Shown piece by piece: positions 25,477-38,574 of a stretch of 64,000 bases of DNA. Numbering within the stretch: the first letter of the stretch is position 1; the number at the start of each line of letters is the position of its first letter. The notes under the pieces are model-generated. The model had not been told where the DNA came from and did not search any database. It saw only the letters and a program-made list of their open reading frames with translations. A program made the translations under genes and the position numbers. The DNA lies in assembly GCA_951406725.2 (NCBI GenBank), contig OX597817.1, positions 32,922,001 through 32,986,000 on the forward strand, written 5' to 3'. This DNA comes from Octopus vulgaris. Its lineage: Eukaryota.

Positions 25477-26639
25477 GTAAGTCAAAATATATTATTTTTC
25501 TTTAATTTCACCCTGTAACAGACACATCCTCCTACATACACACACATGTGCATGCACACAGACTACTCTAGAAAAAGTGCCCAACACATATGAATATGTG
25601 TGGACATGATATATATTATCAAAAGACAAATAGATAGAGAGTATTAAACTCTTCTAAGAATCAAACACAAACACACAGACTGATGTTGAGCCAGAGCTTA
25701 TGTTATTAATACATGGTTTCAATATTCTCATTCATTATTCTACCATCCTTAGGAAATATTCTGGTCAAAATGATGTGAAGGTATTTTATCTCCTTTGAAA
25801 TAACTGATAAACATGACTTCTTGTGCCTTTCTCTGATATTACTCTGGAATTTCTCAATGAATTTCTTGGAAGTTACTCTCACCAAGATCCATTAAATCTT
25901 CAATATAATTTCTAAAAAGAAAATCATCCCCTTGCTTTTGTATAGGTATTGGAAAAGGGGGGAAAAAAATAAAAAAAACAAAACATTCTGCATCAAAGAC
26001 CAAGCCTAAGAAAACCCCTTTTCTTCTACGAAAGCTGCAACAATGCAAGACCTTATGTTGTTGTGCAATAGAATGTATACCCATCAAATACTTTGCTTGG
26101 ATCCCATTACTTTTTCCATACATCTGTGCATGTGCATAGAGAATAACACCCTTTTCATGCCTTATGCATTAGCTATCATGCTTGTGATCTGTGCCTAAAA
26201 TAAGAATTCTACTCCTGCTGGGCATTCAGAAGCTAAACTTAAAACATACTTACCTGCATACAAAACACACAACGGATAAAAGTTTGCTTGTGCTTGCATA
26301 TACACGCAGGCACACACTTTCTTTTATTTTCTTTTTTTCTTTGTGGTTTTTGCGTTAGCATGGTTCTAAATGGAACATGCTAATATTTATTTACTTTTCT
26401 TTTATGTTGCAACAGCTTAAATTGTTGAGGGGGGGGAAAAAGAAATACTTAACATACGAGGAATCCCCCCATCCCCAATATTCTCCTACTTAATATACAA
26501 GGGACCCCTACACACACGCTTTAATTAACTAACACTTCTTGGTTTTCACTTACTGATTATCAGATTAAATTACAGGATCATGTTTGTGTAGTATGTAAAG
26601 TCAACCTGTACTTGAAAAAGTTTGTTAGTAAAATAATAT

Positions 26640-27087
26640 TTTATAAATTGTCAGCCAGAGACCAAGGCCGGCAGTAAAGAAAGAGTTACTTCCCTTATAA
26701 GAACAATTGTTCCCTTAGATTTGTGTTTTTTTTTACGCAATTTTCTTTTTTCCATTTTAGTCGATCTGTATTACTAAATTAACGTTTTAACTCAGCAGGT
26801 AAAATGCACTTTGCAGCGTGAAATATTTCTGACTGCAGTAAAATCTATTGAAAAATATATCTACGTGCAAGTTTCTCGCTTTGTTTTCCATACGAGACAC
26901 CTCCTTTTTCTTTCTTCGATATATTTCTTTCGGTGCGGTAGTGGGGGGGGGGGGGCGCAGTTTTCAAGTGCGCTGTGTAGTAGTGCTTGGTTAGGTCGTG
27001 GCTTGGCTTATGAGGCAGAGGGTTATTGGAGAGGGAGAGGGTAAAATGTGTTTGTATTTTATATACTGGCAGATGCACAGCAATATG

Positions 27088-27126
<39 letters not shown>

Positions 27127-27210
27127 CCCTCTTTCTCTCTTTCGCACAAGAAGGTAACAAGAATTAGCAAATTTGAATGGATTACATACTGAAAACGTTG
27201 TGAGTGATGC
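26640..27210. promoter_or_regulatory. CpG/G-rich promoter-like or alternative first-exon region
   Basis: Local CpG cluster, G run, (CT)n; candidate exon 26761-26798 (ttttAG..CAG|GTAAAA); donor GTT|GTGAGT near 27200. Confidence 0.35.
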
Positions 27211-28677
27211 CAGTCTCAAAGGAAAATGTTTATGGTTCTCAATCTGTTACTTGGTTGATATTTTATTTTATAAGTGCTCTAATGTTAGAACAATTTGTTC
27301 GAGAACCAATTATTTTATTTTTCAATTGTTCTGTCACTCACAAATGTAGAACCAGTACTGAAATTAAATTATACACAGATAAATAAAGTACTATGAGCAT
27401 GAATTGTGTTAAGAAATTCATTAAAACCTATGTATTAGTTTTCCCCATTCAATCAGCTATTATTTCTGTATAGTTCATTTATTATATAAAAAGGAAATTT
27501 ACTCCAAGAATAGATGCAACGAAAATTATATGGCTTTTGTAATGCATTTTTAAAAAAATATATGTTACAATATCTTGTTACTGTCTCCACTATCTGAAAA
27601 TAAATGCTTTTATCAAAAAAGATGCACAATTTATAACTATGCATATACTATTTCCTATTGGAAAGTGAAGCAGTACCTAATCAAGAATGATTATTAAATA
27701 GGTGACTCTAAAGAAATCAATTTAATGTCATGCACTGAATGTTTTTTTTTCTTCTTTTCTTGACAAAAATATATATTCAGCTAACTATCGCTGCACTTGC
27801 ATATGCACACAATCTCCCCTCTCTTACATGCATGGAAGAAAGAATAATGCCAGACGTTAAACTTCATAAAGGTTGCAGATATTTCCAGAATATTTGATTA
27901 CTGCTGTGAATTTTACAAGCAGCTTAGAATTTTTAAGAGGATTAACTCTTGATTAATTCTTTAAAGAGTGTTGATAAGAAATCAGTCATTATACATCTGT
28001 AAGCAACTCAAAGACTTCAATACAGATTTGAACTTGAGGTATATCTTTTTCAGCAAAAAGATTATATAATATTTCTTTTAATTTTGTTTTTAAACTTTTA
28101 AGTTAAACTAAAATGAGAAATGGTTCTAAGTACACATATCTTTTCTTTGTTTCTGAGAGGAATCAGAATTTATTGATGACAAAAACGATGATACTAGATC
28201 TATATTTAGAGAGGAATCTGAATGACTTCTAATCTGGTCTCAATATCACCATTAATCTGTCTGAAAGAAGCTGGAATTACGAAAGATTCTGAGAGTTCAA
28301 AAATTTGTTGTTATTTTTATTTTAATTTTAATGTTGTTACATCAGTTTATATTGTGATAGTGTCTTGTTGCTTATTCATATGAATTGTTGCCTCAAATAA
28401 AATTACATTTTAACAGCTTAATATAAATCATTGCTCAACTCTAAACTGGGAGTATCAGTTTTCTTTTGTTTTTATCATTTAGTCAGGTAGGAAAAGGCAG
28501 TGCCCAGGGCTCTTTTAGCAACATTATAAACCCCTGGGTAAACCAAATGCACTGTGTCCTACAGTATTTATTGACAGCATACGTAAATCATAACTGGGCA
28601 CTGAGACTTGTGAGCCCTAACCCCACTCTTGGTAACAGTCCAGTGTACCCATGCCTTTACTTTTTCATAGTCTCTGT

Positions 28678-29082
28678 CAGTGGTTCTCAACCATTTTTTT
28701 TTACCTGTAGACCGCTTTGATTACTATTTTGTTTTGGTGGACCCCCATAGCCATTTCATGTTCAAAAACTAGTTTTATGGAAACTTCTTTCAAAATTGCT
28801 ATTTTGTTTCTCACTCATTCACTTGTGTTTGTTTGCAAATAGCACTCTCTGAGAAAACATATTTCAGTGGCTGGAAACATGTTGGACTGTGTTAAGTGTT
28901 AGAGAAAGAAATCTAGTTGTTTCTTATAAATCTAGTTGTTTCTTACAATAAATACATCTAAAGCACAGTTTTTTCATTAACCCCTAAAATACTACCATGG
29001 ACACCAACCCCACTCACCCCCGATTTATTTTTTTTGCTTGTATGCCCCCCCCCATCATGTGCATGCTGGTTGAGAACCACTG
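28678..29082. mobile_element. hAT (Charlie-type) MITE
   Basis: Perfect 15-bp TIR CAGTGGTTCTCAACC; right flank GTCTAGAT fits the NTCTAGAN target, left flank GTCTCTGT is degenerate. Confidence 0.85.
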
Positions 29083-29096
29083 GTCTAGATAGGTAC

Positions 29097-29356
29097 TCAC
29101 CACTTGACAACTGGTGTTGGTTTGTTTACGTTCCTTTAACTTAACAGTTCAGCAAAAGAACCAATAGAATAAGTACCAGACTTTAAAAAAAGGCACAAGT
29201 ACTGGGGGACCAATTTGTTCAACTAAATTCTTCAAGACAGTGCTCCAGCAAGGCTACAGTCCAAGTAACAAATAAAAGATAAAAGACAAGATGCACACAT
29301 ACACACACGCACACACACACACACACACGCACACACACACACACACGCACACACAC

Positions 29357-29393
<37 letters not shown>

Positions 29394-29500
29394 CAGCTTC
29401 CGTACAGTTTCTGTCTACCAAATTTACACACTAGGCAATGGCCAGTCTAGGTGTACAATGGAAGACACTTGTCCAAGGAGTTACACAGTGGGACTGAACT
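29097..29500. mobile_element. Two family A halves in opposite orientation joined by a (CA)n tract
   Basis: 3' half on + (29097-29285), 5' half on - (about 29390-29500). Confidence 0.75.
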
Positions 29501-32500
29501 TATATTAACCTTAACCACATATTTATCCCCCTCTTCGTCCTCAGCATAAAATAACCATGTTGACCCTCCCTCTTTAAAGTCAATAACTAAGTTATAACGT
29601 TGATCTTAACTATTAAAAACCATTAAGGCAACACTGAAATTGGATCTAAAACACTAAGTTGGTCTCAGTTCAAAAGCTACTTTCTAAAAGGATTTGTTTT
29701 TTCGTTTTGAGACTCTAGAAATGCCATTAATTTTGAATTATCAAACATGTGTGACTTCTCATTAACACATTTTTGTCATTGTTGTTTTTGCTTCCTCATC
29801 CATTTAGAGGCATCCAGTCTACAAAAATCTCATTTAGTATTCTTCTGTAGGTATCTAGAACAAGAGTATTATTCTCCATAAAATCCCTATCACATGTGCT
29901 TTTCCTTTCTGCTTTATGATCCATAACGTTTTATAGCTATGCCAGCATATGTAGTGCAACATAATGAATGCTTCCTATTTTAGATATGCTGAGAAAGAAT
30001 GTTCCATGTTAAGTTGATAAACATTGAACACCATCCAGGGGTAACTGCTTTCTGTTCTTTTCTTCTTTTTTTTTTTCCTTATTTACTTTTGTCTCCATTT
30101 CTTTCTTTTCTCTCCTTTCCCTCTTCTTCACCGGTTGCATGCAAAAGTTTTCCAACTAAATGGCAGTTCTAATAATTAATTACCCATACTACCTATGCTG
30201 TTAAATGCTACTGGTGGTGGTGGTAGTGGTGGTGACAGTTGCAGTGATGGTGGGGGTGGCGATAGTGATAATAGCAGCAGCAGCAGTAGTGGTGGTGGTA
30301 ATGGTGGCGGTGTGGTGATTGTGGTCAATTAAGTATACATAGTGAAGACTAATCATTCACTCGGAAATCTTACTTCTGTAACTTTAGGCCAGTCAGGTAA
30401 ATATTTTGGGTAGCAGGGTGAAAGCGTAAAAGAGGAAGGAAGAGTAAGGGTTGAAAGTATATGGAATAATGTGCCAAACAGATGAGTGACAATAAAAATA
30501 CATAAATACATCAGAAATTGTAATAAATAAGGAGAATAAAATGTTTAAGCCATCACTTGAATGAGCACTACTAGCATTACGTGGTAAGCAACAGTATTAG
30601 TGTAAAAGCAGGGGTGGAATGGAGAAAGGAGTAAAACATGTCTGCCTCTCCTGTATGAACTAAAATAATAGGCAGTAAACCTACTAGAACATTTTATAAC
30701 TCTTGCACCAACAGTAGTAAAGGTATGCAGCACTTTCTAGTTTATCTATTATAAACAGTATAATTCTTTACTGTCTTTCCATACATTTTTGAAGTCAGGC
30801 TTATAGCTCCATACCATTATTTATATTGAATGACGGCTTCCATGTTCAGTACTTTGTTTTATTTTATATAGTTATTAGCCTTATGTTCTTTCATTTTGGG
30901 GATAAAAAAAAATCTTAGGTGAACCAAACTGCTTTATGAAACTGCTTCATGAAACAATCTTAAAATCCTACAAACCTACACTGATCTTGTAACTAAGGTA
31001 TATTTCACAGATGTAAATAATTCAAACCGCACTGGAAATATGTCGCACCATTGAACAGTGTAACTAACTTTGATGTTTCAGTATTTTTTTCCTGACATTT
31101 TTGATGCCAATGAAGTGGAACCGTATAATTGGTAAATGTTGAGTTGTTTGACTTGCATCAAGAGTTGTCATTTTTTTTTTCTCTTTTTTCCCCTTTTTTT
31201 TCTCATCAAATCAATAAAATATGTATCAATTGGAAGTTGAGATGACTAGTCAAGAACTAGACCATATCATGTCTATTCAGTCTATCAGTTCCCTCTGCTT
31301 CCATGCTTAATGCCACTAATCTACTACTAAGTATCAGCTTCAATGACTTAAAATTCATATCAAATCAGGCAGTGGATATTCAAGTCTTTTTTGGGGAGCA
31401 GGAGGAGAGGGTGGGTGGGTGCAGATGAATTATCTGTTGCTTTAGCATTAACACACAATTTTCAGAAACTTCTTCGAATCCAATTAATTTCTAAAATCTC
31501 CTCCTCCCTCTCCCTCTCTCTCCCCCTGTCCCCTCTCTCCCCGTTCTCTCTCTCTCCATCTATCTATCTCTCGTAATTTTAAAGTTATTAAATCAAGATA
31601 AACGCCCTTTCAGTGAAAATACATGTATAATTGAATCATTTTCATTCCTCATCTAAATAGAGTAAGTCAGCTGAGGAGAAAGAGAGTTGAAGGGATTTTG
31701 GATAAAAGCGGAAATTACCCCCTTCCTTTAGTGAAGTGACACAGAAACAAGAATATTGGAAAATTCATTATATCTCATGCTTGGCTTGTTGCACTGATGT
31801 GGACTGATTAATTAATGGAAGTAGGGGCTGCAAAAAGCCTTGCACATTCTTAGTTTTCTCATTTCGTAATAGTGTGGGCTCTCTGTTGAGATTATATGAG
31901 ATCAATGCTCTCATCTCTATGAAGTGAACATCAATCATGTAAACCCTATCTCACTGTTGTAAATTTAGCTCCCTGTTTCGACAGTAGGCTAAGCACTTTG
32001 TTAATATTTTCCTTATTGTATTTCTCATCATTAAATTATATAGATTATCTCCATGTATTTGTGGAGTTATGACAATAAAAACCATTTTCCTTTTTTTATC
32101 ATTGCAAATGAAAATATGAATACAGAATTTCTGCAAAATATTTTGCACCATTTCTTAGATTTTTTTTCTTTCTTTTTTTATTCCTATTCAACTGCCTCGT
32201 CCCATTTAGACCCAAGCAGATAAAAATGCTTATGAATGTATATTAAGTCAAGCCTTCTTTATGGTACTCAGAATCCTCAGAAGAGATGTATGTAGGAAAT
32301 TGTTTCAGAATATATAGATACACGCACAAATATTTTTAAAATTATCATCTGTCAATTTCTCTTCATTTTACTTTTTTCAAAGTAAATTGCAACTTCTACT
32401 CAGTTGTATTAGGCTATTTAGTGTTTTGTTGGGCCTTTTTTTTTTAAACAGTTTATCTCTCTTCTCCATGTATGTGTTAGATATAAGAATGCTTATAATA

Positions 32501-34177
32501 TTTAATGTAAATTAAACATTTGTCATTTCAATAATTTAAATATCCTAATTTTTTCTTCTGTTATTGATTTATTTAAGCTTATATTGCTAGCTCCACATTT
32601 TTAAAGCTTTGTATATAATTTTCCTTTAAAATAGTATTTTTGTGATAGAAGACCTGTTTCTCTCTCTCTTTCTTTCTCTCATTTTACAAATCTATTAATG
32701 AGTAAGATGAAAAAGAAATAAATAAATACGTTTTTAAAGAAGATATTAAAATCTAGCAAGCTTCTTTCTCTATCTTTCTATCAATTTCCTTACCAAATAT
32801 TTTAGACTTGGTGAAGTTTGTGATAGGAGATATCTTTGAGAGCGCTTCTTTTGTTATGTCTGCAGTTTGCATCCATTCATGAAAATATTGATCAGGAATT
32901 CAATAGAATGGATATTCTCGTTGTGCTGTTTAGTGTGTGTGTGTGTGTGTGTGTGTTTTCCATTTCTAAGCTTTCTCCCTCTAGGATTAATTGTCCATTT
33001 GATGGTCTTCTAAAGTAGCTTGCAGGAGAATATAATAAGAAATAATTTATGATTAAACTCTTTTAAGGGCCATTTAAAAATATTTCAGTTACTTTTCCTT
33101 TCCAAATATTTTCTGTTATACCCCATCTCTTTTTCACTTTTCCACCTTTTCTTTTTCCTGGCTCCCCCCACCCCACCTCTCATTTTATTCTTCTACCTTT
33201 ATGTGTTTCTTGCAGTTATCCTCCACCCTTATCATCAGGTTTTCTTTCTTTCTCTCTTAATGTTAAGAAACCCTCTGCTCAAACTTACAATTTTTCGTTA
33301 TCAAACTACGTCTCCATAAGGAATAAAAATTTACTTGACAGATGAAATGATTCATTTAATGAGATCAATTATATATCCGAGACAGTTATATATATTTCAG
33401 ATTTAATATTGTGTTATTCATGAATTACAACTTAGAATTGAATTTTGTTGCAAGTTCACATTCAATTAAATATTGCTTTACTATGATGAATAAGTTAATG
33501 CTGAAAAGGATGGAATTCAAAGACAAATTGTAGCTTTTATCAAAGAATTCAATATGTGATTTAGTTGTTGCATTCAGACAAACAATTGTTGCTAGAACTT
33601 AACTAGCAATACCCTAGAGATACAGTTTAATACCTTAGCGTTAGTCCCTAAATTGCAAGAGAATTGATTGTTTTGCCAAACTAAAAGATTTTATAGGCTT
33701 TTGAGAAGTGTTAGTAAATGCAGGTAAAATTAATCAAACATATTTCTATCATGATCTTCAGTTGCACTTATATTGACCTGTTCAAGCCTAACTCATTAAA
33801 TTTACAAACAAATTAATTGGATTTGCTGTCAAGCAGGCAGAATGACTTGTTAGATAAACATAGAGCGAATAGTTCTGGATACTATGTAAAGAATGATAAA
33901 AATGTGTTAAACTGTCTCTTGAATTTCTGCAGTTTAACTATAATTTGTGGTTAGGGAAATCTAATCAGGCAAGGGATTTCTAAGACTGGCAGTTTTTCAG
34001 AAGATTGGAGAAATTGCTTCATTTTGATAACAAAATAGATGGAAGTAGTGGTAATAGAGCTAGTTTAGTGTTTTAATTTGTTCCAAAAGGTAATGGATTT
34101 TGGATCATTGGAACTGCTTTTCTGAAATGTATGTTTAGTTACTGAAGTTCTAACTGATATTTAAGTCTGTCATAGAT

Positions 34178-34420
34178 GGTGCTGTCTTTTCGTCTGACGA
34201 CACTTAGTCAAATGTCTTTTTGTCTGACGACTTTTTTTGTCAAACGATGAATCCTATCAATAAAATTTTCAATGATTTAATTTTGATGCTCACCTTGTTT
34301 TCTAAAATGTTTATTGAAAATTGGACAAAAAGTCGGACAAAAAAAAAAAATCATCAGACAAAAAGACTTTGGACCAAAAGACATGGATGATGTGACATTG
34401 GATGAAAAGTCGGGTCACGG
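34178..34420. mobile_element. Foldback-like MITE with inverted arrays of short GAC-AAAAG units
   Basis: Left GTCTTTTCGTCTGACGAC repeats versus right GGACAAAAAGTC / GACAAAAAGAC / GATGAAAAGTC. Confidence 0.55.
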
Positions 34421-34481
34421 CAGTAGATATTGTAACTATTTTAATAGAAAAGATCATTTTTAATGATCTGTCAAATATTGT

Positions 34482-34749
34482 TCTTATTTCAGTCATTGGA
34501 CTGCAGTTATGGTTGCGGTATGGTCTTGAAGGGATTAGTCAAACAAATTGAGTCCAGTACTTATTTTTAAGCCTGGGACTTATTCTATCAGTCTCTTATG
34601 CTGAACCACCAAGTTACAAGGACGCAAATAAACCAACACCAGTTTTTAAGCAGTGGTGGGGGACAAACACAAAGATGCACATAGATGTATACATACATAC
34701 ATACATATATATATATTGGTCGTTCACACACACATACATACTCACTCAG

Positions 34750-34787
<38 letters not shown>

Positions 34788-34907
34788 TGCGTGATGAGCT
34801 TCTTTCAGTTTCTGCCTACCAAATCCACTCAAGGGTTTAGTTGGGTTTGAACCTAGAACCATGTGATTGGGAAGCAAACTTTTTACCACACAGCATTGCC
34901 TGTGCCT
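34482..34907 (-). mobile_element. Family A SINE, degenerate
   Basis: Reverse-complement similarity to 4192-4616. Confidence 0.8.
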
Positions 34908-35394
34908 ATTAAACATTTCTTGGCTTTTCAATCTGGCATTTTATCTTTAATTTCCATTCTAGTTTAAGTTGGACAGATCTGCAAATTTCATCATTAACAT
35001 ATCTTTGAAACTAGTCTTACACTCTCAAAAGTTTTTGTTTGACATAGGCAGTTCTTGCCATGTAATGTGGCTGGTTTTTCTAAAATTTCCCAACTAGATT
35101 GTTAGTGCTTCATGTATTTCCCTTAGAATATGCTCATACATATCAAATAGCAAATGGTTTTCACTTAAAAACGAAAATGCTTAACTAATTAATTAAAATA
35201 GTTTAACATGCAAGCTGGGTCTAGTTTATTGCTTGACTTTTCAGTAAAGAGTATTAATGTAGCTTTATAATTAAATAGCTTAGCATTTTGTTCTTAGATC
35301 TTAATTTTTGGTACTGATATTTTCTCAGATTTATTTAAAGATAGTTTTGATTGCTGTTCAGATGTGATTATCTCTTTATTAAGTTTGTTTAAAC

Positions 35395-35617
35395 TTAGCC
35401 CATTTGATACCACCCTGCCTGAGATTACCCATGGTTCTAAAATACATACTTCCTGTTTTAAAGTAATCTAAATTGAAACCTCTCATTAAAATTTCACATC
35501 AATTTGTGTTCTCAACACCAGCTTGATAATAAAGTTACTGAATTCTTCAGTATTCTCAAAATTAATTAACACAAAGGCAGCGTATTTCAACTGAAATATG
35601 ATACCAAAAGGTTTAAC
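35395..35617 (+). mobile_element. Older P1-related MITE (relative at about 58071-58256)
   Basis: CCCATTTGATACC..ACTTCCTGTTTTAAA..GATACCAAAAGGTTTAA. Confidence 0.6.
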
Positions 35618-36795
35618 TAGGGTGTCCATATTTAATTTAGGAAAAAAAAAAAATTTTTTTTTTAGCATTTTTGGATGAGCTTAGAATTAACACACCACAA
35701 GAAATTGTTCTCTATACTTGTTCTTTGAATGGCATATAATTGTGGTGCTAAGGATTTGGTATAAGAAAGATAAAGAAATAACAATGAAAAACAACAAAGT
35801 AAACAAAAAAAAAAAATTACTATTTCTGAATTAATCCAAGAGCAAGGGTGAAGAAATCAATCTGTAAACATGAACTGTGGCAGCTAGTATCTACAATTAG
35901 AGAAAAATGGTAAGAATTGATTATATAGATGGTCCAAATAATTTTTGGACTGACGATCTTGGCGCTTGTGTGTGTGTATGTGTGTGTTGTCTGTCTCCAA
36001 ACAGGAATGTTTCAGGATGAATGCATATGTGAAGATTTATCTTATTTCTATACTATTATTAGTTGGTGTATAAAGGAGTCTGCAAAACTATTAATATTTA
36101 CCCTGGCCTCTCCGACTTATTATCGAATAATACATTTAAATTGTCTCCGTTATTAATTTAGACGGATTAAATAGGAAAAAAATAATAATCTAGCTTATTA
36201 GGTTTCCCAATGGTTTTGGACACTTACAGAAACTAATCAACCATTGTGTGTGTGTACGTGAGTGTATGTGTGCATACAAGTGTGCGTGTGTCTGCATGGA
36301 TGCATGTGTATGTGTGTGTATGAAGGTTGTTAGTATCTGGGTGATTAATGAACTGTTGCCAAAATAAAGATGATAAAGTGTTTATAGCACTTATATAATA
36401 AATTCATGTTTATATTAATATATATGTTTATATGAAATAAATTGTTTGTCATATGTCTGTGCGTGTCTCTGTTTAACATATATGTGTGTTTGTGCATGTG
36501 TATGTATTGTAACATTATTATGTAAGCGTGTATATTGTTGTCTAAATATGTAACAAGTTGTTTTTATATTTGCATACACAAGTTACAATTTATCTGTTTG
36601 GGAGGGTGTTATAAATCAAAATTACGATCGTTTGTATCCATGTGAAATTGTTACCTTTTCATTATTATTTGTTTTGTTAATGTCATATTATGTTTCCAAT
36701 AATTTTCCTCATTTCAATTCCCTTAATCACATTTCTCATGATTTGATAATATTTTCTTGAATTAATATCTCAGAAATCATGAGAAAACTGACACT

Positions 36796-36796
<1 letters not shown>

Positions 36797-36851
<55 letters not shown>

Positions 36852-37169
36852 AATTATTGTATACAGTGCTCAGGTGCACCACAACTTGTCAGAAAGTGTA
36901 TATAAAGTACATGCAGTAATGTAGAAATGTCTGGAAAGTGAACATGCTTGTGTGTGTATGGAGGGGAGAAAATCAAGTGTAGTGTTGGCGAATCTCAGGA
37001 AGCATGGAAGTCTTGAAGGATGCAGTGCTCCGACAACTAACAACCGATGCCGGCAGTTTGTTCCACGCTTCAGCAACTCTCAGCGTGAAAAAATGTTTCC
37101 TGAAGTCATGGGAGCTGTGCTGTTTTCTTACTTTGTAAATATGTCCACGGGTGTTAGATGGGTGGAGTT
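36797..37169 (-). mobile_element. CR1-clade LINE 3' end with (TTA)n tail
   Basis: Open minus frame 37167-36973: LHPSNTRGHIYKVRKQHSSHDFRKHFFTLRVAEAWNKLPASVVSCRSTASFKTSMLPEIRQHYT*. Confidence 0.9.
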
Positions 37170-37344
37170 TATTGATATATATTTCTATATAGCTCTACGA
37201 AGTACAATATACCCTTTTATTAAAGGATCATGTGTTCAAATCTTTCTTCCGATACTGAATTTCAATATTTTGTCCAGTAAGGAAATAACTAAGTTCTCCC
37301 ATTCTCCTCTTTAATGTTTGATATGCTTATTTCTTAGAAAGAAC

Positions 37345-37803
37345 ACCTGACCAACCAAAACCTTGTAATGGATTTTATAGTTGGAAACTGAAAGAAGCTC
37401 ATCGTGTGTGTGTGTTTCTTTCCCTCCCTCCTTGAATTGACTTGGCTGATAGTTGTAAATGAGTATCACTGTCATATAAGCAGTGTCATTCATTTTCTTC
37501 TCATATTCTTTGAAAATATGCCATGGGGGAAATATTTTGCCATGGCCAAACAGGTTTTCATAGAATACTGGAAATAAATGACAATGACACTCATGTGGCT
37601 GGTGTCACATAAAAAGCATCCATGTCTCATACAAGCAGCTAGTACACTCTGTAAAGTGGTTGGCATTGGGAAGGGCATCCAATTGTAGAAACCATGTCAA
37701 AACAGACGACTGAGGTCTGGTACAGTCCTCCGGTTTGCCAGCTCCTGTGAAACTGTCCAAACTATGCTAACATGGAGAACGGAAGTTAAATGATGATGAT
37801 GAT
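37345..37803 (+). mobile_element. Family A core joined to family C tail
   Basis: GGAAACTGAAAGAAGC then GGTGTCACATAAAAAGCA, GGAAGGGCATCC, (ATG)n. Confidence 0.75.
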
Positions 37804-37887
37804 AAAACAAGGAGACATAAACACATACACTCACATTGAATATCTTTTAGTCCCCATCTACCAAATCCACACACAAAGCTTTGGTGT

Positions 37888-38192
37888 TGTATTGGCAGAA
37901 TCATTAGTATGTCAGCCAAAATGCTTTTTGACATTTCATCTGTCTTTATGTTTTGAGTCCAAATTCCGCCATGGTTGACTTTGCCTTTCATCCTTTTGGG
38001 GTTGATATAATTGACTTACCACCTCCCCCAAAATTGCCGACCTGGTGCCAAAATTTGAAATTATTTTCATCCCTTCGGGGTTGATTAAATAAGTACCAGT
38101 TACGCACTGGGGTCGATGTAATCGACTTAATCCCTTTGTCTGTCCTTGTTTGTCCCCTCCGTGTTTAGCCCCTTGTGGGTAGTAAAGAAACA
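37888..38192 (+). mobile_element. Old family B SINE followed by a 5'-truncated young family B copy
   Basis: Two CATCC(T/C)TT cores; young tail TTTAGCCCCTTGTGGGTAGTAAAGAAA. Confidence 0.8.
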
Positions 38193-38215
38193 GAAAAATT
38201 ATTATTATTATTATT

Positions 38216-38566
38216 GACATCGCACAGTATACAATATCGTGAGGATGTTTATTGAAGATATTGTGTCTACTGGAGGTTTGCATTGTTTGTCAAGTCACAA
38301 CAAGGACCTCAGACAGACAATACTTTACACAATATACGTGCAGTTCCAAGTAATGTCGACTTTTGCAATACATCTAGATTGTAGGGTATTTCTAAAGTTT
38401 TCAGATGTTTTTTTTCAGATTGGGTCGTATTGAATCCAATGCTCCGATGACATTAGAGACAATCTTTGTGTTTGGCTCTCGTAGCTGCCACATCTGAGCG
38501 ATCTCAATTCTCAGGTCTCCATATTTATCACCCTTTTTTCTTTCTTTCATGATGGTATGTTGATCT
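38216..38566 (-). mobile_element. Dong/R4-clade LINE 3' fragment inside (TTA)n
   Basis: Minus translation DKYGDLRIEIAQMWQL..VIGALDSI..(frameshift)LDVLQKSTLLGTARILCKVLSV*; TTA repeats on both sides. Confidence 0.85.
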
Positions 38567-38574
38567 ATTATTAT

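Noticed and set aside
30205-30325. Gly/Ser-rich exon
   Set aside because: Degenerate (GGT)/(AGC)/(AGT) microsatellite without convincing splice sites
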